NCBI GenBank assembly: GCA_016188155.1
Contig: JACPIH010000011.1
Span: 1 to 57,337 of the forward strand
DNA: 57,337 nt
From: Candidatus Woesearchaeota archaeon
GTDB taxonomy: Archaea > Nanobdellota > Nanobdellia > Woesearchaeales > UBA10216
Direction: 5' to 3'
In this document: piece by piece, positions 39,801 through 45,351 of the stretch
Numbering within the stretch: the first letter of the stretch is position 1
How the letters are laid out: each line of letters begins with the position of its first letter
Notes under the pieces: generated by a model
The model's input: only the letters and a program-made list of their open reading frames with translations
What the model was told of the DNA's origin: nothing
Databases searched by the model: none
Program-made: the position numbers and the translations under genes

Positions 39801-42478
39801 TTAACGACACGGCAGGTAACACAGTGAGTGGCTCAGAAGGCGTTGACAGCTGCAGGTTTGCCAGCGAGAACCTAGTATTCAGTGGCTGGGAAGTATGCCA
39901 GACTGTTAAGGCTTGGTTGTTGTCTGACGGCAACGGCAACAAGACTGTGGTTGTGGAAGTTCGCGATGTGGCAGGCAATGTTAACAGGACCAATGACACG
40001 ATATTCCTGAACACATCAGGAGCAGGCCTTGATGTCACTCCGCCAAACACCCCGACTGTTGTTGATGATGGCATGTACACCAACATTGATTCGTCATTGC
40101 ATGCGAAGTGGAACTCAACAGACCATGAGAATGAGCTGCTGCACATCCCGCTTGAGTGGGAGTACAGGATTGCCTTTGACAATTTCACGAGGCGCATCAA
40201 TGAGACGTGGCAGTATGCTGGAATGGCCACTGAGGCCACTGTTTACGGCATGAACCTGAGCGGCGGCACCAATTACACGTTTGAAGTCAGGGCCATTAAC
40301 ACCGCCGGTTTGAGGAGCGCTAACGGCACAAGTGACGGGATAATAGTTGACATCACCCCGCCTTCTGCCCCGGCTGTCAACAGCACTGCTGCCCAGAGCA
40401 CCTGGAGTTCAAACAATGCGGTGTCGTTCAACTGGTCTTCAACAGATAGCATTTCTGGAGTTAGCTCATACAGCTACGTCCTTGACACCACTGCCACCAC
40501 CATTCCGGATAACGTGCCCGAAGCTGAGAGTGACCATACGGCACTGGCCAGCAGCTCCAACGATGGCAAATCTACAATGCTGAAGTTCAACAGCACAGGC
40601 AACGCCTCTGCCGTGTTTGTTGAGGTCAAAGCCAATCTTTCAGCCAATGACGTTGTCAGGGTAACTGTGCAGCTGGCAGAGGCCTCTACAAGCTCGCCTG
40701 ATGCCATGGGCTTCAGGGTCTACATCATTACGGCAGTTCCGACATCCTTCGCGATGAACGGCAGCAACGTCAGCCTGATTGCGGACACGAGCAGTGACAT
40801 AAGCTTTGTGAGTTCAATTCTGGATGCTACAAGCTATACTGTTGAGATTCCTATGACTACTCCGGTAACGGGCTCGAGGTTCTTTGTTGCGGTTGCCGGT
40901 GATGCTGCTGATGACAACAACAGGCACAACCTGCTGCTTGCTGTTTCCAACAGCTCAATTGACAGCTCAACGCAGAGCTACCAGTGCGGCGAAGTTACCG
41001 GTGTATGCAGCAACACGACAGACACTGCCGAGTATGGCATAAAAGTGGACGTGCGTGACTTAAAGCAGGATGACATTTGGGACAGGGCTTACACTGTCGG
41101 CGATGGCAGGATGTACTTCCACGTCAAGGCAAAGGACAAGGCAGGCAACTTTGGCGACACGACAAACTATTCATTGCTGGTAGACACCTCACCGCCTTCC
41201 ACTCCACAGATGAGTGAGCCTTCCAAATTCACCAACACGACCTCTGTCACATTTAACTGGACTCAGAGCAGGGATGCTGACTCAGGCGTTGACAACTACA
41301 GCCTCCAAGTGGATAATAATTCTGACTTCAGCAGCCGCGAGTTCTACGCCTGGGTCAACAACGTTACCAACTATACTGTAACAGGCTTGACTGCCGATGC
41401 AACATATTACGCCCGTGTTCACTCCAGAAACCTTGCTGGCGTCAACAGCAGCCTGAGCAGCTCAGTAAGCACTGTGATTGATACAACCGCTCCATCAATT
41501 ACGTTCAGCAAGCCGAGCTCAACAGGCGTTGTTGCTTCACAGAATGTTGTGCTTGCCGTGAACACCAACGAGAAGGCCATATGCACCTACAACCTCAACA
41601 GTGCGCCTTACCTAAACTTTACCTACACCAATAGCACCTATCACGAGACAAGGGTAAGCGCCAACACGGGCTCGAACACCGTATTGGTTAAGTGCCACGA
41701 TACCATCCTCAATGAGAACTCACCTGTTTCCACAACCTTTGATGTGAGCACGACCTCTACAGCATCATCCATAACTCTGCAGAGCCCGACAGTTTTCACT
41801 GGCGATGTCGTGCGAACCGATGTAATTGTGACAACCTCATCAAGCCAGAGGCTTGGCGAGCTCGGCACTGGCGCCTTCACGGTAAAGATTAACGGCGGGT
41901 CCATCCCGGCGTCTGTGTTTGACAACGGCGCTGGCAACTACACGCTTGTGTTTGACTCTCCTGCGACAAACGGAACTTACACAATGGGAGTTGATGTTGG
42001 CTCTGCCACAGCCACAGCAACCCTGACTGTCAGGGCTCTGCTGTTTACTGTGCAGTACGTGCAGTCCGGCATTAGCAGCAATTCAGGAGACAGGCTCATC
42101 TATTTCCTTGCAGGCAACTTCTCGCTTGGCCTTGCGACGGACAGCAGGAGCTTTGACAAGTCGTCAACGAGCTCTGCCCTTAACCTGACAAGCGATGCAA
42201 GGGCCGGTACCGCTTACATATTCGTGACGAGGCAGTCCGGCGGTGTTGAGAGGGTTGAGGGCCTGCTTAAGGAGAGGAAGTTCCTTGACTCCGCGAACCC
42301 GAGCTTTGGCTACGCCATTGACCAGGACACGTTTGTTGTCTTCACGGACCTTGAGTACGATGATATATCCCTTGCCGGGAACAAGACGCTTACAGCCGGC
42401 CGCTACAACCTCATCATAGAAAACAAGGGCTTTGACGCCACTTTGAACAAGACCAAGCTGGAAGTGAGGGTGCAGTGA
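21842..42478 (+). CDS. Giant surface protein, part 4 (more than 6,800 aa): eight LamG domains, many Ig-like/FN3 repeats, a beta-helix-like stretch and four choice-of-anchor-X-like motifs
   Basis: VGYWRFEDD occurs seven times. Repeated VDNTxP and DxAGN Ig motifs. LNDNGTSPDLVANDAVYSG-type motif four times. No C-terminal TM helix. Frame is open from TGSEVNSSYL at 21842; the ORF track starts at 21998. Confidence 0.92.
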   Translation, partial: TGSEVNSSYLTVNNSQPSEPTITDFGREGVDGTAESVAANRASSATPANATFMTAVNITWTASADNDSDTINYTVLINNTLVCDTQSLSCNTTQLPSWNGNAAFYIFNVTAFDQEWNSTTTTYAFMFDNTTPTMSIIALTPANNTFQNTTSYFINLSVTEGSVDRVILNITGPSFATASSSGRNITLWDKDLVGMWHFEENANDSSGYNNDGTRGQNAAFNSTCRLGGCANFTLAVHNITIADSASLNFTQFTIQAWIRIENLSGRTTDFPNILGKQLSATNRNYVLYVRNDTGIFFGSSSFSGSQQDLSSNVKVMNTTQGWHNVAYIVNSTHQAVYVDGTRRNTASYTGTADRQSSPLIIAKSPAASGESLVFNGTIDEVKIWRRALSAGEISAEYNRTASNYLASHIVSGAAAHTFSLNMTNLTNGNYSWFAWVNDSSSAVAATTATTVNSAVGQREFKVDLIPPAISFVANTPANQSVLPTSYIFINTSENDAGNDHNELSAFIDFNSSLVGYWRFEDDGDTNASDFTNNNNNGTLTSFGCMTLNCNLTGGTGGTGSGWTSAGKRGKALKFDGENDFVNVSYSESLNLTNLTAIAWVYLDRQSPASYVDIVSRQSVFRLEVAAAPHVNRFSFVVYNTTLGQSALLGTNSLSDGWHHVAGVFNGTHYTIFTDGNRSNSAAFLGSINHTSQHLTIGASLFGVENFNGSIDEVQIWNRVLDAQEINASYQAGVYRLFRNFTGLNDGNYSFRAFVVDASGNMNVTDNRTFSVDTTAPSLSFIATTDANASFLNRSFTIVNVSTTETSEHSVFVDFNRSMVGYWRFEDDADTNASDFSTYSNNGTLVGFGCTTADCNLTGGDGGTGSGFTSAGKRGKAMMFDGVDDLINTSKTYTQLGISKELTIEAWIKAANSNGMGRKTIVGDNDNLILLIANASSARASRHAYPQGANASFSIKAGFFHVTATYSDVRASQTNEVKLYVDGEFMANVTITNSANNPLTELVRIGHDTATSGRTPWNGSLDEVKIWNRVLNDTEINASYQAGTYRYTKNFTGLNDGNYSYYAAVVDSAGTLVQTVNRTVYVDTVGPAISLIANTPANQSVLSSNYIFINTSENDGGNDHNELSAFIDFNRSLVGYWRFEDDGDTNASDFTNNNNNGTLVGFGCTSLNCNASSGWTSAGKRGKALNFDGVNDRVRNPGLSGLSADAITIEAWFFRRESGVRMLLSRNRFSANEWDLFPSSWRFNNGSTTNQYDTVTSVQNDVWNHLVVTYDKNAGGNNVNVYLNGKLEVSGATGGTLGTGGITTIGSFQDGTTDYFSGTIDEVKIWSRALSAQEINSSYQAGQYRLFRNFTGLADGNYTARAFVVDAAGNMNVTDNRTFSVDTVAPTIAYIFPTEANNSFVNRSFTVVNTTVTETGESSAFINFNNSLVGYWRFEDDGDTNASDFTSNNNNGTLLNFSCTAADCNLTGGLSGLGTGFTSAGKRGKAMAFDGVDDIVRISDKDIFTFGDGSSVDSPFSLTAWIKINPELAFRVIVAKMNALSNEEWVLQLNTNNSVSFGTADPSASARATVVSPAVQNNTWLHIAATYNGIGGSNAAAGMNLYVNGVPQNVRNSTADGYVAMENRPSNVVIGSEGLPAGGSFFNGTIDEVMIWNRNLSAEEINASYQAGTYRLFRNFSGLADANYSFNVSVVDWAGTIFTNVTRNVIIDTTFPLISYGLGSDANGTSLARNYIHLNVTVDELNPRNLTAFLFSGAAIIASQNVSVNKTPSSNNVTFLSVSDGYYNVSVSVRDLADNVNTTPTNRSFTVDTTVPVLAYAAPSFANASFVNVSWIFLNFSFTEINNGTLMIRNGSTNWTNVNASSGYFFYNFSPRADGNYTFFGWINDSSGQVAQTVNRTVYVDTVGPAISLIANTPANQSVLSTNYIFVNTSENDAGSDHNELSAFIDFNNSLVGYWRFEDDGDTNASDFTSYNNNGTLVNFGCTTLNCNLTGGVRGFGSGFTSAGRRGKALNFDGQGNAVNVSDSASLSSFSTYSLEAWIKPHEGTSGRIVRKDGEYAISILGYPYLASEHKAGAACGGAWSSLWDDTALQPDSWYYVAVTYNGSNRTLYVNGNYENSSADTGSLPDCSTPLMIGSSQTFSSVFNGTIDEAKVWNRALSADEINASYSAGVYRLFRNFTGLNDGNYSYRAYVVDAAGNMNVTVNRTFAVDTVAPTIAYIFPTEANNSFVNRSFTVVNTTVTESGESSAFINFNNSLVGYWRFEDDADTNASDFTSNNNNGTLVGFGCTAADCNLTGGAGGVASGFVSSGKRGKGMAFDGVDDYVEFANQSSLNLTGALTIEAWVMKIGSPSNERGIVARYWNYGAFPLNRSFTLDEQSSGVPIFLISQDGAINNNTAATTTLQNNTWYHIAGVYVPSTSISIYVNGVLEGNKTAGIASSILNNPKSPVRIGVTFDPEVASRYFNGSIDEVKIWNRALNESEINASFQAGTYRLFRNFSGLPDANYSFNVTVVDWAGNLFTNKTRNVVVDTTLPLISFGLGSDANGTSLARNYIHLNVSVVELYGHNLTAFLFSGSSIIASQNVSVNTTPAFNNVTFLSVADGYYNISISVRDLADNVNTTPTNRSFTVDTTQPLIDNGSGISSPGFRNVNWAFINYSFTEVNNDTMYIRNGTGGIVTNTTPNKNTTYFWYNFTSLDNANYTFSGWINDTAGRLNTTTNTSIVIDTVFPTVDFGLGSDVNGSSVARNYIHLNITVTELYGHNLTASLFSGTTLVALQNVSVNTTPYFNNVTFLSVSDGYYNITIKVKDMANNTNTSVNRSITVDTTAPVLNYAAPSFANASFVNVSWIFLNFSFTEINNGTLMIRNGSTNWTNVNASSGYFFYNFSPRADGNYTFFGWMNDSSGAVAQTVNRTIFIDTAGPLITYEATSFANATYNKFVTINITANDTANDHNELSAFVDFNGSLVGYWRFEDDGDTNATDFTNNNNNGTLVNFSCTALNCNLTGGTGGTGSGWTSAGKRGKALVFDGNRTHVETSDINALDGTSSLTVEAWVRPTILFGSEAIVAKWDYDTDASFAMQQNPAGAIQVFIADSLTDTGGNRAVTDKVVLNASTWTYVAFVFDGTGSGNAARLKIYADGVAVPITFTGTIPAATTSGNTATLKIGRFGGTLNRYWNGTIDDVKVWNRSLSAAEINASYQAGNYRLITNITSSDSKYANGNFTYYAAVVDAAGNMNRTETRLVVLDNTAPVIAAIRTFSNVSGFFFQATNTTSAVTAYFNSLAAGQSGGADSGGGGQEAIVEVAYTDLYRSSLSGNTTFSDTPSNITRADPTRVAYTIETGSGNATAAVYANDTANNTATATVRFILDINDTVTTDNSSSSFTWFSTNVTINLTAVDVANGSGANKTLYCTYTSGTTSCTPTVEVANPTDFRLPINCSTGSSCTIRVRYYSIDNVSNNESGGANGGQIRESNTVNIATGGSDVQDSLVNNSVITNASFVRQSNITNSMVNGCRVTGSIITRSWMFRQADTRFNCSISDSVVIDSNLTSAVVEKRSYIDPSTIVDSVITNSSIRNSTVNYSRVDSSIFCGNFTLWSADVLNNVLVSGRLEFNDTVYFGPVSLNSICGLVAPSPVGTLAAEPSIVNDSSSVVFKYSATALGYTVTIGSNELVKLDNTSTKSITLNDNGTSPDLVANDAVYSGNYSISALNNESDGNKTIVAQVNDNIGNNWTVNTSVTLDNTPPSAAIVINSNNLNTTSAVVTLNITSSDATAGVKDCRFANEDRIFGSYEQCTIVKTWTLSSGSGLKTVVVEVRDKAGNFNETNDTITLLGIGTVIVSPQSGEIVKGSKLVIVSAPDSATWVTFNITNATNSGHTWNLAGTANQITNDTTPSDGFSQTWTTTATAFANESKFNLTVISYDASGNQLSNDTKGNIEVDNNPPTVTLDVPNANGLYHGVVAVNASASSDTSKVRFEYRRGTGDWTVIGEAVTPPFKVDWSTTGLSDGTNYEVRANATDDAGNSANVSNANIEVDNTAPTITIVNPTAGTEVSGTFNITFTILGTVHDTEIQFDGGAWATANDKTYHLWDTTAYTDTTHAIRVRVNDSVNNTGYSDIRLVTVDNGGAPVILLEPASSGYKSGNVDITVSGPGTTFNVTFNVSNSTGYFNTSGTENVVTLDNVSGDGWSAVWATGGFAEDSIYTITVRAYSASNALLGTDTAVSIEVDNLIPANVTRINITDSPTDLDGNLVINWTSTSSADLDHYNLYRSQTRGFNISTGSLLKSVAGNTTTDNVPAGVWFYKVTAVDNVGRESNASIEANTTIDIVGPTGTMDINATYARDNDTIKFIYTGSATGFTAIVNASEMQKLDARVLHGFETLWETSNNNSLNMTLNSTTTKAGSFSNQLRTNESGALGQNITVDLSAGGAVNLSRYNRLLLWVQANTTGSLFNLTFGKDNYTDFNFTITVNTANAWEQKIIDISTIPVLNRSSVRYLMFNVTTTQPFRALLDGLEASNQISLVDDGTGGDAVANDASYTGVYNITSDNNLTDGAKTIRALIDDGSGNFLAPQDTITLDGTPPNGTVLINEGDLFTITRTVTLNLTFVDATSGVKDCRFSNTEPLTSSYESCQVLKVWTTTTGGGTKTVYFEVRDQAGNINVSIDTITLDVSVPAMAITYPLPGAIVNGSINVTFTGAESTQPQISFDGGNWTNTTASTYHFWNTTNLSEGTHGIRVRDTDAAGNIGYSETLLVTVDNIPGVVTFVQPGSSQVLTGNVTVIAVAPDNTVNMSFWIFNTTSGRSVQVYNDTLVADGWNFSLQTAQFEDGAWDLYVNATDSFGRMFDTASVHGLRFDNNVPTVSLATPANGATVRGTVIINATASSDVKQVMFEYSNNSGTDWQPIGIDFSPSAGWTFAWYTVALNDASTYRVKANATDYAGLSAIGQNTADFTIDNTAPTITITTPAPGSYVNGTTTINFTGNASPTSELSIDGASWTNITNSTSFAWNTAAYNDGTHTLQVRNNDSAGNTGLSGTVAVIVDNTRPTVVIISPLSNTTIKGNVTVLVSTYFDTARLDFYVDNNTGSGWVLRRSDTNKADGWDFAWDTALDCATTGECTGVRLRVNSTDAANLTSNFTVSGLEIDNTAPTVTLLYPPDSATIRGVIIASATGSNDTRQVVFEYSPDSGSTWYTIGTDPSSASGWNITWDTRQVADAATYRVRANATDNAGLSAAVQNTADFTIDNVEAATTIISPKAGTVVSGNFTVTAIAPDSTFYVLFRVFNGSGNFSFNGSGSAGFTNDSSPADGWSAKWNTTAFTDGLYNLSAASYDVNGNYISNGTELGIRVDNNAPTAPTLSALPTFDTDGVVVLEWSNVTASTADVIYYNVYRSTNVSFALSTATKIKNVSSNFNTTTDFPGVNAKYYYKVTAVDNALFESAASNEANTTVSVTAAGALVGTLSVNDTIVKDADAVVFSYSSSATDLNVTINTTEMQRLDNSTRADLRLQDGGAPPDRVADDGVYAALFTISTDNNQSDGNVQLRAIVNDSANNQFLPTINITLDNARPNASLQINNNLGITSSREVTLQVRFNDTFGIQKCRFANEDRDFDDWEGCTSTKAWRLSATDGLKTVVVQVADNAENVNETNDTITLTTVAATTIITPRSYSVVSGNFTVIAVAPPTTGFVLFSVFNGSGNFSFNGSGSAGFTNDSTPADGWSARWNTTAFSDGLYNLSAVSYDVNGNYISNGTELDIRVDNNAPAAVTLTALPAYFNKNIIALNWSPSTSSDVAWYNVYRSNNISFVLSSGALLKNVSTNITFDVVLDGQWFYKVTAVDASGRESAASNEVNVTVVTGAPPSEIFGTLAVNDSIVNNGSSLLFTFAGSATNLNVTINQSEMQKLDNTSGALQLNDSGINGDYLVDDATYSAIYAISMLNNESDGMKQLIARATDIAGNLFMPAVNITLDNTRPNATISIFGISPAGFTNVSTEYTFSRAVTLVMAFNDTAGNTVSGSEGVDSCRFASENLVFSGWEVCQTVKAWLLSDGNGNKTVVVEVRDVAGNVNRTNDTIFLNTSGAGLDVTPPNTPTVVDDGMYTNIDSSLHAKWNSTDHENELLHIPLEWEYRIAFDNFTRRINETWQYAGMATEATVYGMNLSGGTNYTFEVRAINTAGLRSANGTSDGIIVDITPPSAPAVNSTAAQSTWSSNNAVSFNWSSTDSISGVSSYSYVLDTTATTIPDNVPEAESDHTALASSSNDGKSTMLKFNSTGNASAVFVEVKANLSANDVVRVTVQLAEASTSSPDAMGFRVYIITAVPTSFAMNGSNVSLIADTSSDISFVSSILDATSYTVEIPMTTPVTGSRFFVAVAGDAADDNNRHNLLLAVSNSSIDSSTQSYQCGEVTGVCSNTTDTAEYGIKVDVRDLKQDDIWDRAYTVGDGRMYFHVKAKDKAGNFGDTTNYSLLVDTSPPSTPQMSEPSKFTNTTSVTFNWTQSRDADSGVDNYSLQVDNNSDFSSREFYAWVNNVTNYTVTGLTADATYYARVHSRNLAGVNSSLSSSVSTVIDTTAPSITFSKPSSTGVVASQNVVLAVNTNEKAICTYNLNSAPYLNFTYTNSTYHETRVSANTGSNTVLVKCHDTILNENSPVSTTFDVSTTSTASSITLQSPTVFTGDVVRTDVIVTTSSSQRLGELGTGAFTVKINGGSIPASVFDNGAGNYTLVFDSPATNGTYTMGVDVGSATATATLTVRALLFTVQYVQSGISSNSGDRLIYFLAGNFSLGLATDSRSFDKSSTSSALNLTSDARAGTAYIFVTRQSGGVERVEGLLKERKFLDSANPSFGYAIDQDTFVVFTDLEYDDISLAGNKTLTAGRYNLIIENKGFDATLNKTKLEVRVQ

Positions 42479-42999
42479 GAATGGCAGGCATGTTTTGCAG
42501 CAAAAAAGGCCAGTTTTACATACTTATTGCGCTGCTGCTTATTTCGTATGCATTTGGCCTTACAAGGCAGGATGTTCCTATCAGGAAGTCAAAGGACGCT
42601 TTTCAGCTGCTTCATGAGGGCTACGTTACCGAGGGCTCTGCAATTATCAACAACGCAGTTTATGAGGATGCCAATGTTACGGCAAGGTTTTCGGCGTTTA
42701 CAAATGATTATGTGGCGTTTGCCCGCTCAGCCGAGCCAGGCTTCAGGCTCGTATACCTGCTTAAGTATAAGGGCCAGCTTACTGTTGGCAACAGGCTTGA
42801 TGATGCCTTGAACGTGTCTGTTGGCAGCACGTCATACCTTGTGGGGTCCGGCTCTGAAACGGCAGTTCCTGTGGCTGCCGCAAGCTTTAAGATTTCAGGC
42901 ATCTCTTACGACTTTTCATTTTCGGATGAGGAAATCCAGCTGAAGGCAGTGTTCAGGTCATCTGATAAGCTTACAATCAGGGTGTTTGTGAAGAAGTAA
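42475..42999 (+). CDS. Pilin-like protein with class III signal peptide
   Basis: KKG/QFYILIALLLISYAF. Overlaps the stop of the giant gene. Confidence 0.75.
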   Translation: MRMAGMFCSKKGQFYILIALLLISYAFGLTRQDVPIRKSKDAFQLLHEGYVTEGSAIINNAVYEDANVTARFSAFTNDYVAFARSAEPGFRLVYLLKYKGQLTVGNRLDDALNVSVGSTSYLVGSGSETAVPVAAASFKISGISYDFSFSDEEIQLKAVFRSSDKLTIRVFVKK

Positions 43000-43013
43000 A
43001 ATAGTGGTGTCGC

Positions 43014-43520
43014 ATGAAAACCAGGGCGAAAACCAGGCGTTTGGATTATTTGCAAAGCAGGGGCTGTAGCAGCAAGAAAGGAATCTCAGTGTGGATTTCG
43101 TGGGTGCTTCTGACTGCTTTTGTTGTGTTTATAGGCACGTTTGTGCTTCAGTGGAGCAAGAGCCATACTACTGAAGTAGTTGAGGACCTTACTGAAAAGG
43201 GCGAGATTTTGACGTTGTGCCAGGAAACCGGCATATCAATTGTAAGCTACTGCCAGAAACCGCAAACCTTAAATATCAACGTCACCAATAACAACAACCG
43301 CAAAGTCGACGGGCTGAAGGTGCGCGCATTTGACATTTACAACAACCCGCAGGGCGGCGAGAAGAACGTCAGCATTGTGCCTCAAAAGACCATGAGCATT
43401 GAGGTCGTGAAGCAGGGCGTGCTGAAGCGGGCTGAGGTCATGCCAATAATAGTTGTTGGCAAAAAGAGGGCAGTGTGCCAGAGCAGGAAGGTTACGGTTG
43501 AAAGCATTGATTTTTGCTGA
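43014..43520 (+). CDS. Archaeal type IV pilin-like protein
   Basis: KKG/ISVWISWVLLTAFVVFIG, with Cys residues in the globular domain. Confidence 0.82.
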   Translation: MKTRAKTRRLDYLQSRGCSSKKGISVWISWVLLTAFVVFIGTFVLQWSKSHTTEVVEDLTEKGEILTLCQETGISIVSYCQKPQTLNINVTNNNNRKVDGLKVRAFDIYNNPQGGEKNVSIVPQKTMSIEVVKQGVLKRAEVMPIIVVGKKRAVCQSRKVTVESIDFC

Positions 43521-43569
43521 AATAACGGCATAGTGGTTAATAGAAATAAGCAGATAGCGATTAAAAGAG

Positions 43570-43920
43570 GTGAATTGGTTGCGAAAGCAGAAGGTAGGCC
43601 GCTTGGGTGGAAGCTCGGGAGGTGCAAGTGCTGAAATGATCCTTTCGCTCGAGATTGAAAAATCGAAGCTGAACCGCGAAAAGAGCTTGCTGCTTCTGGA
43701 CAAGTCGCTTCTGATGTATTTTGCGTTCCTGATAATAGGCGTTGTCGGCTTTGTGAACAAGTACCTTGACGTAAGATTCCTTAACGTCATGATTGCGCTC
43801 AGCTTTGGAGTGCTGGCCGTTGGCCTTGTGCCTTACATGCTTACGATGAGCAAGGAGGAGAAAAAGCTGAACGAGCTTATTGAAACGTACAAAAAGAACA
43901 AGAATTGGAATCGTTCCTGA
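43570..43920 (+). CDS. Small two-TM membrane protein, function unknown
   Basis: Two hydrophobic segments flanked by charged, coiled-coil-like stretches. Lies within the operon. Confidence 0.65.
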   Translation: MNWLRKQKVGRLGGSSGGASAEMILSLEIEKSKLNREKSLLLLDKSLLMYFAFLIIGVVGFVNKYLDVRFLNVMIALSFGVLAVGLVPYMLTMSKEEKKLNELIETYKKNKNWNRS

Positions 43921-43931
43921 GGTGGGTTGCG

Positions 43932-44489
43932 ATGCGTAAAAGTGTTTTGGTTTATCTTCAAAAGGGCGGCAGCGGTAAGGGCAAGAGGGGCGTTTCTCCC
44001 TTGATTGCAACTGTCCTGCTTATTGCGTTTGCTGTGGCTCTTGGCGCTGTTGTCATGAACTGGGGAAGGAGCTTTGTCCAGCAGAACATCGATCAGACAG
44101 AGAAGGTCACCCAGACGAAGCTTGGCTGCAGCCTTAGGGTAAGCCTGAAGATTGCCGAGATTGACAGCACTCCCCAGCTATGCTACGGTGGCGGAGGCGA
44201 GGCGGGCTATCTTGAGATGAGGCTTAACAACGAGGATGAATCAAACGCAATCAAGGGGCTCAGCGTTTCTATTGGAGGTGAAAGGGGAATCTATAATAAT
44301 GATACCATCAACACAACCATACCTGTTGGGCTGTCAGCTTACCTGAACATGAGTTACTCTTACACCACTTATGGCAAGATTAAGAACGTGAGGATTGTCC
44401 CAAGCATACTTATAGGCGGCGTAGTTACTCCTTGCGGCGGGAGTCCGCTTGAAAAAAGCGCTTCAGAGATACGCAACTGCTCCGCATGA
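43932..44489 (+). CDS. Archaeal type IV pilin (archaellin/pilin N-terminal motif)
   Basis: KRG/VSPLIATVLLIAFAVALGAVV. SD GAGGTG before ATG 43932. Confidence 0.9.
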   Translation: MRKSVLVYLQKGGSGKGKRGVSPLIATVLLIAFAVALGAVVMNWGRSFVQQNIDQTEKVTQTKLGCSLRVSLKIAEIDSTPQLCYGGGGEAGYLEMRLNNEDESNAIKGLSVSIGGERGIYNNDTINTTIPVGLSAYLNMSYSYTTYGKIKNVRIVPSILIGGVVTPCGGSPLEKSASEIRNCSA

Positions 44490-44490
44490 C

Positions 44491-44630
44491 CCCAAAGTCT
44501 TGCTATGCAAGACTGGGCCCAGTCAAGCTCTGCTTGACTTGGGTTTTTACGAAACCAAGTCGCTGTTGCGACTGGTCCCATCGCAAATCGGGATACGCCC
44601 GATTGCGCAGTCGGCTGCTGCCGACTTGCG
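44491..44630. repeat. Cluster of five REP-like bulged hairpins
   Basis: Hairpins at 44491-44517, 44518-44543, 44554-44576, 44582-44607 and 44606-44630. Each has A(G/A)TC..GA(C/T)T at the stem base with an unpaired A (5' arm; AA in the first hairpin) or T (3' arm). Confidence 0.75.
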
Positions 44631-44694
44631 CCATAGGCGATGTGGAAAGGTCAATCAAAAAACGACTGCCTCTTTACTACAGGTCAATCAATAA

Positions 44695-45097
44695 ATGAAA
44701 ATGCTGCTTAGTGCGAAAAGGGGCGCGCTTACCGGCAAGAAGGCTGTTGCGCTGATTCTTCTTGTAGTTGGTGTCATGCTGATGTTTTTCATAATAAGCC
44801 AGGGCGTAAGCATTTACAAGAGCTCCAGGGAGGGCACCGATGAGCGTACAGGAGCGGCAAGGTGCGTTGGCTACCTGTACACAATCAGCGGCATAACGGC
44901 TACCGATGAGGAGCTTCAGTTCACGTTCAGGAATGAGGGTTTCGAAAAAGCAGTCGTTCGCTGTGAGCATACCGGTTGGCTCGTCAATGGCTGTCAGGGT
45001 GCCTGTCAAGGTTGATGGCAACTTCAGCGTTTATCCTGACGGCTGCAATATTTTCCCGGCCAGGTGCGGCCTTGACGGCGAGTGCGCTTACCATTAA
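44695..45097 (+). pseudogene. Pilin-like gene split by a frameshift near 44940
   Basis: KRG/AL..AVALILLVVGVMLMFF...LQFTFRNEG continues in another frame as SKKQSFAVSIPVGSSMAVRVP..VYPDGC..C. Confidence 0.6.
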
Positions 45098-45168
45098 GCC
45101 ACTAGACTTCTTTTAATTGCCTCTTTAAGGGTCCATAAGGGTCCAGTGCCCAAGGCAGCACCCGCCTT

Positions 45169-45303
45169 TTTTCACCCCTTCTTAATAACGACAAAATAGA
45201 AAGGTTTTTAAATGGCGGAATCGCCAGCAGAGCGTAAAATGGGCTTTGGCTTGTCTTTGAAACCTTTGTACGTTGGTTTAGCAGGGTTAGCTCTTGCTGC
45301 TTC
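45169..45303 (+). repeat. 135-bp direct repeat, copy 1 (promoter + first 22 codons of the lipoprotein gene; truncated peptide 45239-45325)
   Basis: Matches 45946-46080 with one mismatch. Encodes MGFGLSLKPLYVGLAGLALAAS, then VAAAVA*. Confidence 0.92.
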
Positions 45304-45351
45304 TGTAGCTGCCGCTGTTGCTTGATATTAATAGAGAAAGCAGATTAGTCG

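Noticed and set aside
11502-41937. Numerous short alternative-frame and antisense ORFs inside the giant gene
   Set aside because: These are expected by-products of biased codon usage in repetitive coding DNA and have no independent signals.
44491-44630. CRISPR array
   Set aside because: There are no identical repeats with unique spacers and no cas genes; the units are abutting diverged palindromes.
44486-44698. 70-aa ORF bridging the pilin genes (and overlapping short ORFs)
   Set aside because: The sequence is explained by five palindromic hairpins and has no protein-like features, although its ends do overlap neighbouring stop and start codons.
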